40,421 nt of DNA. Origin: Propionibacteriaceae bacterium. Lineage in GTDB: Bacteria; Actinomycetota; Actinomycetes; Propionibacteriales; Propionibacteriaceae. Both the position numbers and the translations under genes were made by a program. The stretch is taken from the NCBI GenBank assembly GCA_031286045.1, contig JAITVA010000254.1, forward strand, positions 1-40,421. The letters run 5' to 3'. The number at the start of each line of letters is the position of its first letter. The first letter of the stretch is position 1. Shown one piece after another: positions 12,801 through 19,459 of this stretch. The notes under the pieces are model-generated. The model was not told the origin of the DNA. It was given only the letters and a program-made list of their open reading frames with translations, and did not search any database.

Positions 12801-15800
12801 TGTGCCTGGAACCAGGTTGTCGTTCTCGTCGCGGGTTGTCGTAGTGGCGGTGTATGTGTTCTGTGCTCCCTCACCGACCGTCAAAGGTCCTGCGGGGGTC
12901 ACCGTCAAATCAGAGTGGTCCCATCGAGCCGAACCTGGCGTGAAGGTCAGAGTCTTCGGAGACGCGAGCGCGGGATCGCCGCCGCCCTTGATCTCCTCTT
13001 GACCGTTGGTGCCGTTCACATAGCCATGCAGAGTGACCTGCTCGGCCTCACTGTCCGTCACATCGACGGAGCACTGGCCATTGCCATCGGTCACGCAGGA
13101 CACAGCGCTGAGCTTGGCCGAACCAGTGGTCGCGCCAGCAGGCTCGTCCAGGGCGAAGGTCGCCGTCGCTCCAGCGATGATGCCGCCGTCAGCGTCCTTG
13201 ACAGTCGCGGTCGCCTTGACAATGCCGCCGACCGCGACCGTGCCCGAAGCCGGTTCGATGCTCAAGGTCGACATCTGGCCGCTGGGAGCCGGTCCGAATG
13301 AGAACAGAATCGCAATGTCATCCCCGAGTTGAGGGGTGAAAGTCGCCGAAGCGGTCGCCCCGTCGCAGGTGGACGTGGCGCCGGCGATGGCCGCACCAGT
13401 GGTGGTGTCAGTGACCGTCACAGTGCGGCAGGTGGCCGACGCGTCCTGAGAGGCGGCGTTGACCGTCACTTGTTGGCCAGGCGTGGCAGCTTGAGCCGTC
13501 GCGAGGACCTTGCCCGTCGACTTGTCAGCAGTCAAGGACTCACCATTGACCTGGAAAGTGACTGGTCTGGAACCGGAGTTCTCCACCGCCGGGCGATAGA
13601 CCGCGTCAGCCAGGGCGAACGAGTAGTCCTCGATCTCACCAGCGGTGACCCAGCTCGACGTCCCGGAGTACTCACTCTTGGAGTTGTCGGGCGCAGTCGC
13701 GGAGGCTGTCGAACCGTTGACCCGCATCTGAACCGTCGAACCGACGGTGGTTGTTCCACGCGACTGATACTGATAAGCGCCAGTGGCCGTGTCACCGCTC
13801 AGCGCCGGAGACCACACAGCGTTGGCATTCCAGGTGTTCGAGTTGGCCGGGGTCGTCCAGCCGGTGACGGTGGTCTGCGCAGCAGCCGTTCCGTTGACAG
13901 CGGCACTCAACGAGTTCTGATGAGTGGCGGCGATCGTGGTGTCCTGGAGTGGGATGTCTCCCAGGGAAGACGAACTCAGGGTCACGCCGTCATCGGTCGC
14001 GTTGTGCGAAGCGTTGTCGGCGGCCGGGCCGGAGTACACGCCAAGCGTGTCGCCCAAGTGGGTCGTGTCTGAGACGCCATTGGTGTGGCTCGGGATGTTG
14101 GCCGTTGTGGGGCCAGCCGCCGCGTCACCATAGGAGCCGCGTGCGGTGAAACCGAAGTCCGCAGTTGGAACAGCGTTCGACGTGTTCATCGCGACAGTGC
14201 CATAGGTCAACCAGGAACCGACGGCGCTGGTCGAACCAAGCTCGCCCGCAGCAGGATCCGTGTTCTCGTAAGGTGACAGCGCACCAGAGCAGGCGCCCGC
14301 AACTGTGTTCGCCGTCGCGCCACACTGGATGGTCGCTGTGTTGCCACCATTGGTGGAACCGGCCCCCCAGGTCTGCACCGCGTTGACCATGGTGCCGTCC
14401 GACATCGGAGCCTGCACCTGAATCGGACGCACGTAGTACTTCTCACCAAGCAAACCCGCTGTCAAGAAGGAGTACACACCAGTCGAACCGGTCTTCTGTG
14501 TCGACAGCAGCTTGCCGCTGTCGTCGTACAGCCCGACTGTCTGGTTGGGCAGACCGGGCTCATCGGCCTGGATCTGGCCGTCGGCGTTGAGGTCGTTCCA
14601 CAATGTGCCACGAACGATCTGGGCCATCTGAGACGAGGCGTTGTCACGCGCCGCCGCCGCGATCGGCAGTGACTGATCGGAGTTGCCCACCGAGTAGACA
14701 ATCTTGGCCGTCGCGGACATCGGATCAATCTTGACCATGTTGGTGGTGCCCGGATAAGGAAGAGTGTTCCACTGTGTTGAGGCGCCGCAGGCCGGGCCTG
14801 GCCACATGTTGCCACCGTTCGCTTCGGCGTTCATCTCGGCGCGCGGGCGGCAGGCGTCAGCCGAAGCAGGAGCGTCGGCCGGCATGTTGTAGGTTCGCGT
14901 GCCAGCCGCGTTGAGCAACTGCCCGTTGAGGAAAGCGTTGCCCCAGGTGCCATAGGTGCCACCGGCCGCGTCCCATGCCTGATTGCTCGCCGTCGGGTCT
15001 TTCAGAATGTCTTCGACGACGTAGTAGCGCCAGGGGTTCGAGGCCGAACCGTCGACAATGTTTCCAGCAGCGTCACGCGCCGGCTCCAGACGAACCAGCT
15101 TGGCGTTGTTGATGAGTTGAGGGCTGGCGTAGGTGCCGGTGTACATATAGGCGTTACCGTCGGCGTCCAAGGCGAAGTCAGCCGGGGCGTATGGAGTGGA
15201 GTACCCGGCACTGTCGTTGTTCGCGAAGATATTCATGCGCTCCTGCGAAGGCGTGCTCATCCCCTGATACCAGTCACCGGGCTGAACCGCGCCAGACAGA
15301 GAGAAAGAGCCTGTCTGAGGATCCCACACAGAGAAACGCCAGTGCTTTTCCGTGCTGGCCGCAGTCGACGTTGGGTCTTGGTCGTCCGCCTCAGATAGGA
15401 AGGAGGACTCGACGTAGAGCAAACCGCTGTATTGGTCGACCTCGCCACCGGTCGCGTGTCCTGCGTTCACCCCTCCGCTGAACAGCGAATCGTTCCTGCC
15501 GTCGGCATTCACGATCGGCCACGGTGAGGTGTTGCCGTCGCCACCCTTGGGAGCGGGCATGCAGGACCAATAGATGGCAGAGTCACCGGAGGTCACCCGC
15601 ACGATCGGAGTCCAGCCTTCCGAGCAGGACGCCGGTCCGTTGGACTGGCGCGCGTCACGGCTCCAGAAATAAGCTGTCAGAGGACCATCGGGGTTGTTCT
15701 GCGTGCCACCGATACGCCCAGTCGCCATCGAACTGAACTGATATTCGTCGAAGTCAGCGGCCCCGGCACTCGTGCCGACCCAATGCATCGCCGCCCTGGT

Positions 15801-16145
15801 CTGATAGGTCGACATGTCGGCTGACCAGTCGGTCGCCTCCCAGAGGATGTCTTCCGTGCCGTCTTGATCCGTCGACGGATCAGCGGCGTCCAAAGAGTAG
15901 AAGATAGCGTCTTCGCCCAGAAGATCGTCCCACACTGCCGTCCAGTTGGTGACCCGAGCCCACACGGGCGTGGTCGCAGAGTGAGACAAGCCCACTCCGG
16001 CCGCAGATGCCTGCGACGCCTCCAGGGTCTGCCCCAGGAAGACGCCGCCAATAGTCAGGACAAAAGCCGACACCGACGCCACTGACTTGAGCAGCTTGCG
16101 TCGACTTCTGTTTGTGTCATGAGTAATACCTATAGCACTAGGCAT
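6858..16145 (-). CDS. Giant (3095 aa) cell-surface protein: signal peptide, unknown ~460-aa N-terminal region, SdrD-B-like domain, GEVED domain, ~15 Big_1 (invasin/intimin-type) Ig-like domains, three TxTDxAGN Ig-like domains, C-terminal membrane/wall anchor
   Basis: Signal peptide aa 1-48 (cleavage ASQASA/AG). SdrD-B-like GTLWNDLNADGQIQADEPGLPNQTVGLYDD at nt ~14346-14609. GEVED domain from DFGFTARGSYGD to GEIEDYSF, nt ~13611-14159. Big_1-like repeats at nt ~8091-13298, each ending SP-x-T-x-x-F. TATQTDPAGN / VATDPAGN / VETDPAGN modules at nt ~7262-8087. C-terminal hydrophobic stretch LLAGLMVASAGVWVGL followed by KRRR. Confidence 0.9.
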   Translation of the reverse strand: MPSAIGITHDTNRSRRKLLKSVASVSAFVLTIGGVFLGQTLEASQASAAGVGLSHSATTPVWARVTNWTAVWDDLLGEDAIFYSLDAADPSTDQDGTEDILWEATDWSADMSTYQTRAAMHWVGTSAGAADFDEYQFSSMATGRIGGTQNNPDGPLTAYFWSRDARQSNGPASCSEGWTPIVRVTSGDSAIYWSCMPAPKGGDGNTSPWPIVNADGRNDSLFSGGVNAGHATGGEVDQYSGLLYVESSFLSEADDQDPTSTAASTEKHWRFSVWDPQTGSFSLSGAVQPGDWYQGMSTPSQERMNIFANNDSAGYSTPYAPADFALDADGNAYMYTGTYASPQLINNAKLVRLEPARDAAGNIVDGSASNPWRYYVVEDILKDPTASNQAWDAAGGTYGTWGNAFLNGQLLNAAGTRTYNMPADAPASADACRPRAEMNAEANGGNMWPGPACGASTQWNTLPYPGTTNMVKIDPMSATAKIVYSVGNSDQSLPIAAAARDNASSQMAQIVRGTLWNDLNADGQIQADEPGLPNQTVGLYDDSGKLLSTQKTGSTGVYSFLTAGLLGEKYYVRPIQVQAPMSDGTMVNAVQTWGAGSTNGGNTATIQCGATANTVAGACSGALSPYENTDPAAGELGSTSAVGSWLTYGTVAMNTSNAVPTADFGFTARGSYGDAAAGPTTANIPSHTNGVSDTTHLGDTLGVYSGPAADNASHNATDDGVTLSSSSLGDIPLQDTTIAATHQNSLSAAVNGTAAAQTTVTGWTTPANSNTWNANAVWSPALSGDTATGAYQYQSRGTTTVGSTVQMRVNGSTASATAPDNSKSEYSGTSSWVTAGEIEDYSFALADAVYRPAVENSGSRPVTFQVNGESLTADKSTGKVLATAQAATPGQQVTVNAASQDASATCRTVTVTDTTTGAAIAGATSTCDGATASATFTPQLGDDIAILFSFGPAPSGQMSTLSIEPASGTVAVGGIVKATATVKDADGGIIAGATATFALDEPAGATTGSAKLSAVSCVTDGNGQCSVDVTDSEAEQVTLHGYVNGTNGQEEIKGGGDPALASPKTLTFTPGSARWDHSDLTVTPAGPLTVGEGAQNTYTATTTTRDENDNLVPGTTVTYKVTDLTGAAVNPDRTKLSSNTCTTGDQGNCSVTLTSIAAGKFLIHAQIPDQDNGGALKDVNNSPATVEYKAGNPDETVDPPVDCRDPHLVGTNLTADSPVGIGTNSTATAYVTDTYCNVVGSGFNVNFGVDGDAVFIGSGTDLQSAVVTTGADSKAIIQLTDDRAETVHVTAALDGGSGLSGSPATVVFTGVGPAHPSTSELEIVASDPTVVAADGTATTRTGSSVTLKATGKDINGTKVGAGTTFTFSVDDADGSATVTGSCVTQDDGTCEAIVRDANPETVIAHGFVNGGEIGTGRTTANPMIDSPKTITFKDDTASAEKSTLEVDRESQVVGDKIVATATAKNDAGTPMAGAVVTFALDEPTATDNDSAKLSALTCTTGDNGQCTVEITDTQAEQVVLHGYVNGDQEIQGGGVAAMASPKTLTFTHGKVDADKSHLTVEPSRQTAGSPVVATVTARDGYDNPITDLELSDFVMSGTAPQLPDLVFVQFANHNDGTYTFTTTSQLVGTFTVTATVDGVLLTEKPQVTFVAGDVCVDNCTPIDNPETPEKEDEENFTKIVMTTNDQPANGTAKDVAQASAYDQYGNVVASAVFTVTDATVGALADKLTPLTQKSDPTGDDAKVDVSWTSTTAGTYTANAKVRSGEMTEDLDVPTPATNGINSIRFALGNISAEKSQLIITPDHSQVVGSTFKAEAFIVDDQMNPIPGATVSFAVNSPWADNSKAAQLSDTTCETVGDGRCFVTLSSYFAGDYEVHATVPVNGQNVDLGGNGDPKRSSPQTVTFTPDKVCNPAVETCDSKDNPDTPEVDESKNQTSVWVDPNNAQADGTDRDGVNVFTVDKFGNPVDAAQVALSTTDSALTLLASSITTDATGHGVAYATSRVAGGHDVTATVEGKELKQSPVTLNFVSGALGDLTLTLTPAGPQEVGNVYTVTAKATDVNGNPLEAGVAFDLPAGLTTPDGQTQASCQTAASNGSCSIEVTSTKAGSYDITGEAGGLVSDPVTAVFTPGPVDADHSTAKLIVNGAKYDGIAHNVVEVTAMDRFDNPVPGAKVSSTPVAGSENGLTIQPDIAATDANGKTTIWYASTVPGQKTVDVRINDTVTPKGSPVTMYFGTDEVSPENSSWTITPDGPLEVGEGEDNTYTLTATVRNDRNELVADAAVTFGVDHDAELLDWTPDSMFCVSNAQGECSVTVSSTKAGTYAFTATLINGQIGQAQSRAWYPGPVDAAHSKVTVTVNNATADGSARDEVLVEAKDKYDNPVPNQTVVSEVGDATLVAQTGIKPTNEDGETTIWYTSTKAGDHTARVFIGPDKVEPKFPGASSPVTLTFKSGAANAEHSSLVVEPLKQIAGDNVTATATIRDINDNPVAGTAVALSVTGEGFFNTGGTEAGQAVTCTSGDDGVCKVTLTDKKAETVSVRATIDTAVKAGADIFGSPVDVTFTAGKGVPVVPNPEDCDGREPTNLTVDPLKLEIGGQATADAYITDKYCNPVANAPVDFGVDGSGSLVGDGVTGQATTVTTDETGHAIIKVTDNKVETVNVTAKIDDPATAVTTPVDIFGSPAPVTFEDTNGPNPPVITDPKDGALTNDNTPDISGTADEPGDTVTVHDKGPDGKDVVVCTATVAADKTWTCTPKDPMPDGDHTLTATQTDPAGNVSGPSNEVDFTIDTVAPNAPIIDTANGDEIGGTVPNTPDHPLDPGTIVTVTDEDGKEICTAEVQKDTTWSCMTPDGTPSGPITAVATDPAGNDSGPTTTDLDTDRPEPPDAESPNGSEVIGGGEPGDTIDVKGPDGKPVDGCQDVPIDKDGHFVCTPTTPLNPGDVIQVVETDPAGNESDPTEVIVGSLGIEFGYPTRQPQQQQTVTGTNFNPGEKVCLTVQSSTLNVGCQIADQEGRVYFEFIVPADFEVGTHTGTLTGEKSGSVSGTFEVTAANKGGGPVIKTGGSATTQEIKLHGLLAGLMVASAGVWVGLKRRRVSQG

Positions 16146-16477
16146 TCTTTACCCCCCACGTTATTTGAGATACTTTCCGATGTTTCCAGTCGCCATTTTC
16201 GAGCCCCTGGCAATACCCGCTACAACAGCAACCTGCTGTAATAGCACTTACCCCGTAAGCTTGCCATCTTTGCCGACATCATGCAATATCGGTGGAGAAG
16301 CCATGTTATTACTATGGATAGTCAGTGATGTGGCTCTGTCTTCGGCTTAAACATACTGTGCAGTCTCTATGAGATCGCCGTTCTGTTCATCTGTCATCAC
16401 ATGTTCCAGGTCAAGAGAATATGTGCATTTCAACATGATATATGCCGTGACATGCGCTGTCGCAGCCGACAAACACC
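16146..16477 (-). promoter_or_regulatory. AT-rich (by eye below 50% GC) 332-bp intergenic region: promoter/5' UTR of the surface-protein gene and 3' end of the PKS operon
   Basis: Composition contrasts sharply with the ~63% GC flanks. Contains TTGACC and several TAnnnT hexamers on the minus strand, but no single promoter can be fixed by eye. Confidence 0.5.
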
Positions 16478-17374
16478 TCACCGGATGATGCGACCCATTC
16501 GCCACGACGCGATGACGCCGAGGACCACAGTCAGCCCCAGCAGGATCATCACCATCGTGGCAGTGGTCAAGTCATGTCCCTGCACCGTTAGCTCAGCGCC
16601 GACCGCCTGCATCAAGTCTGTCAATGACTGATCACGAGACTCCCCTTGCGGCAGGAAGGAGAAAAGCTGAGTGGCTCCCGGCTGCATCGAAGGCCGCCGC
16701 ACCAAGGCGGCGGTTTGAGCGAAGGGCAGCAGGGACAGCACCGACACCAGGTTCTCAGACAGAGTGGACGGCATGACATAACAGAACGACAGGAAGCCCA
16801 TCGCAGTGCCCATAACCAAGGCGTAGCCGTTGTAAGCCCCCTGCGTGGCTGTGAAAGTGACCATGACTGTGTTGAAGGCGGAGAAAACCAGACAGGACAG
16901 AAACACACCGACGATGGCTCGCGAGCCCTGGTCCACCGTCAACAAGGGCTGGTCTTGAAGGTAGGTCCACAGTTGGCCCAAGGCCCAGATCGCGATAGAG
17001 ATAATGAAGGACACCGCGACAACCGCCACCACGTATCCCAGGGCCAACTGCCAGCGGCGAAGCGGGGCCACCAGATAGTCGGAGAACCGACCGCTGACAC
17101 GGTCCTCCACAAAGGCGGACAGAATGCCGACCGAAGTTGAGAAGGTCGCCATGGTCGTGATCGAGGCGAACATCCAGGAGTCGCACAGCGCGTAAGCGTC
17201 AGCCGACGTGGAACCCGGCACCATCGCGCCCATCGCCTCCGCCATCTGCTTGCGCAAGAAGACGACGAATAACGCGAACATGATCAGCGGCCCGACCATC
17301 GACGAGAAGACGCTCATCGGATCGCGCCAGTAGGCCCGTAGGTTGCGCCGGGCCAAAGTGAGGACCTGCTTCAT
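16478..17374 (-). CDS. ABC-2 type transporter permease
   Basis: 298 aa with ~6 hydrophobic segments and an N-terminus (RRNLRAYWRDPMSVFSSMVGPLIM) typical of the ABC-2/DrrB family. ATGA overlap with the upstream ATPase gene. Confidence 0.8.
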   Translation of the reverse strand: MKQVLTLARRNLRAYWRDPMSVFSSMVGPLIMFALFVVFLRKQMAEAMGAMVPGSTSADAYALCDSWMFASITTMATFSTSVGILSAFVEDRVSGRFSDYLVAPLRRWQLALGYVVAVVAVSFIISIAIWALGQLWTYLQDQPLLTVDQGSRAIVGVFLSCLVFSAFNTVMVTFTATQGAYNGYALVMGTAMGFLSFCYVMPSTLSENLVSVLSLLPFAQTAALVRRPSMQPGATQLFSFLPQGESRDQSLTDLMQAVGAELTVQGHDLTTATMVMILLGLTVVLGVIASWRMGRIIR

Positions 17375-18342
17375 GCGGACCCTGCTTCCTTGAGTGTCGC
17401 CTTCCCCGGTGAGCCGTCGTCGCCACGATGACCAGTCAGGGCTAAAAAGACATCATCCATCGAGCCATGGCGAAACTCAAAGTCATCGATATAGCTCCAC
17501 AGATAGGGCATCAACCACTTGACCTGCCGAGTCGAGCTCACCGACAAGCGCACCGGATCATCCGGCACAGTGGGCGCCGTGACCGCACCAGAGGGGAAGG
17601 AATGCACCAGCAGACGCATCACCTCGGGGACATTCGACACATGCAGCCGAAGTTCGCCCTGACTGTGGTCCTGGCGAAGTTTTGACGGCGTGCCTGTGGC
17701 GACGATCTCGCCCGCTTCGATGATGCAGACCATGTCGGCGCGCTCGGTCTCTTCCATATAGTGAGTGGTCAAGAACACTGTCATGCCTTCATGCTCGCGC
17801 ACGTCGGCGATCGCCTGCCAAACCTGCTCACGGCTACGAGGATCGAGTCCTGCGGTCGGCTCATCCAAGAACAACATGCTGGGACGATGGATCAGCGCCC
17901 GAGCAATGTCAGCTCGCCGCTTCTGCCCGCCTGACAGTCGTCGATACTGTCGGTCAAGGAAAGACTCCATCTCCAACAACTCGGTGAGTTCACCGACCCG
18001 GGCCCGACGGGTGCCAGAGTCGAGCCGGTGAAAACGAGCTCGAAGCGTCAGATTCTCACGCACAGTCAGGCGTGGGTCGAGCAGAGCCGCCTGAAAAACG
18101 ACTCCGATGCTGCGTCGAATGGCGTCATTGGATCGACCCAGGCGGTGTCCGGTGACCCAAGCCTCACCCCCAGTCGGCCTCAGCAATGTCGTCAAACAAC
18201 TGATAGTGGTCGACTTGCCAGCGCCGTTGGCGCCCAAAAAGGAGAAAAAGGTTCCTTCTTCGACATTGAAACTGATGTCCTTGACCGCCTGGACTCGGCC
18301 GTAGGACATTCGAAGATGTTCCACCTCGACCGCTGCTGTCAT
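17371..18342 (-). CDS. ABC transporter ATP-binding protein (DrrA-like, ABC-2 subfamily)
   Basis: Walker A GANGAGKST, signature LSGGQKRR, Walker B MLFLDEPTAGLD. ATGA overlap with the hydrolase stop (18339-18342). Confidence 0.9.
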   Translation of the reverse strand: MTAAVEVEHLRMSYGRVQAVKDISFNVEEGTFFSFLGANGAGKSTTISCLTTLLRPTGGEAWVTGHRLGRSNDAIRRSIGVVFQAALLDPRLTVRENLTLRARFHRLDSGTRRARVGELTELLEMESFLDRQYRRLSGGQKRRADIARALIHRPSMLFLDEPTAGLDPRSREQVWQAIADVREHEGMTVFLTTHYMEETERADMVCIIEAGEIVATGTPSKLRQDHSQGELRLHVSNVPEVMRLLVHSFPSGAVTAPTVPDDPVRLSVSSTRQVKWLMPYLWSYIDDFEFRHGSMDDVFLALTGHRGDDGSPGKATLKEAGSA

Positions 18343-19151
18343 CGCGCCTCCGAAGCCTCGGGCCCCGACGCCGGCTGAACCGAGGAGTCGACGACCATCG
18401 TCGCCGAGAACTCGACCAGGCGCTGGGCGATCGCGTCACCTTGACGGACCACCATGTTGTGGTCGCCTTCCAGTAGAAGCAGTTGGGAATGGGGCAGGCG
18501 CGCAGCCGCCGCGTGCCCATCCTCGATGTAGGGTGACGACTGGCCGTAAACCAGCAGAGCCGGGCGAGTCATCGTCTCCAAAGGCGCGTTCCAGAAGAAA
18601 TCGGCGTCAGCCCTCGCGTCAGCCAACAGCCCGGCGTCGAGGAGAGAGTGGACAGTGTCACGGAACTGTTTGGCGGAGCGTGCTGGCAACTTCATCCCGA
18701 TCGACTCGGAGTACCCCGCCAGCGTCTCAGTGATCTTTTGGTCGACGTCGTCGACCTCGACCAGGCTTGAAGACTTCAGCCCGGCCGCCTCCAGCAGGGC
18801 CACTCCCAAGACCCGGTTCGGCGCCTCCAAGGCCGTCTCGACGACAATGGCTCCACCGAAGCTGTACCCCACCAAAAAGACCTGGTCGATGCCCAGGGCA
18901 TCCAACAATCCGATCAGATCATGAGCCATGTCCCGCAGACGAAATCCGTCAGCACGGCCCTTGGAGAAGCCATGGCCGCGCAAATCGTACAGCACCACTT
19001 TGTAGCCCAACTGGGCCAATTCTCTGGCGCCACACCAGAAGAAGATGCCGTGATGTGTGTAGAGACCATGGACCATCACCACCGTCGGGGATCCCTTGGG
19101 ATTCAGGACCTGGTTGTACAAGCGAACGCCGTCGACCTCACTGTATGACAT
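18339..19151 (-). CDS. Alpha/beta-fold hydrolase (candidate thioesterase/acyltransferase of the PKS operon)
   Basis: VVMVHGLYTHHG oxyanion region, GYSFGG nucleophile elbow, GDHNM histidine. Start placed at the ATG at 19151 (MSYSEVDG); a GTG at 19175 is the alternative. Either start overlaps the ACP stop. Confidence 0.8.
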   Translation of the reverse strand: MSYSEVDGVRLYNQVLNPKGSPTVVMVHGLYTHHGIFFWCGARELAQLGYKVVLYDLRGHGFSKGRADGFRLRDMAHDLIGLLDALGIDQVFLVGYSFGGAIVVETALEAPNRVLGVALLEAAGLKSSSLVEVDDVDQKITETLAGYSESIGMKLPARSAKQFRDTVHSLLDAGLLADARADADFFWNAPLETMTRPALLVYGQSSPYIEDGHAAAARLPHSQLLLLEGDHNMVVRQGDAIAQRLVEFSATMVVDSSVQPASGPEASEAR

Positions 19152-19458
19152 CGTCGATGAACCCCACGATGTCACCCACGGTGAGCTCGCCCATCTGCTG
19201 GATCGGCATGCTCGCTATCCACATGACCAACGGTTCCGCCACAGGGTAACGCTGGTCGATCGCCTCGACCAGTCTGAGCATGTCCAGGCTGCTCAGCCCC
19301 AGATCCGCCAGTGCTTTCGTCTGCTGAGTGATGGGCATCACCGCGACCACATCGGCTCCGAGCACCTCGCTCAGACAGTCCTTCAGCACCCCCATGATCG
19401 CCGCCGAATCGACCGGCTCAGTCCCCGAGACCCAGCCTGCCGTCGCCTCATCAGCCAT
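19138..19458 (-). CDS. Discrete acyl carrier protein (106 aa)
   Basis: ADLGLSSLDMLRLVEAID phosphopantetheine-attachment motif (Ser at nt ~19288-19290). The ATG at 19458 lies 1 nt after the PKS-B TGA and is preceded by GGAGGGAC. The upstream 29 codons in the ORF track overlap PKS-B. Confidence 0.8.
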   Translation of the reverse strand: MADEATAGWVSGTEPVDSAAIMGVLKDCLSEVLGADVVAVMPITQQTKALADLGLSSLDMLRLVEAIDQRYPVAEPLVMWIASMPIQQMGELTVGDIVGFIDDVIQ

Positions 19459-19459
19459 G

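Noticed and set aside
16152-16157. C6/G6 homopolymer in the Shine-Dalgarno region of the adhesin gene as a phase-variation switch
   Set aside because: Six residues is too short for efficient slipped-strand mispairing. It is more simply the G-rich ribosome-binding site itself.
16347-16436. 29-codon minus-strand ORF in the AT-rich region upstream of the adhesin gene
   Set aside because: No RBS, atypical codon usage and no recognisable motif. An AT-rich region generates short ORFs by chance. Kept only as a note under the AT-rich-region finding.
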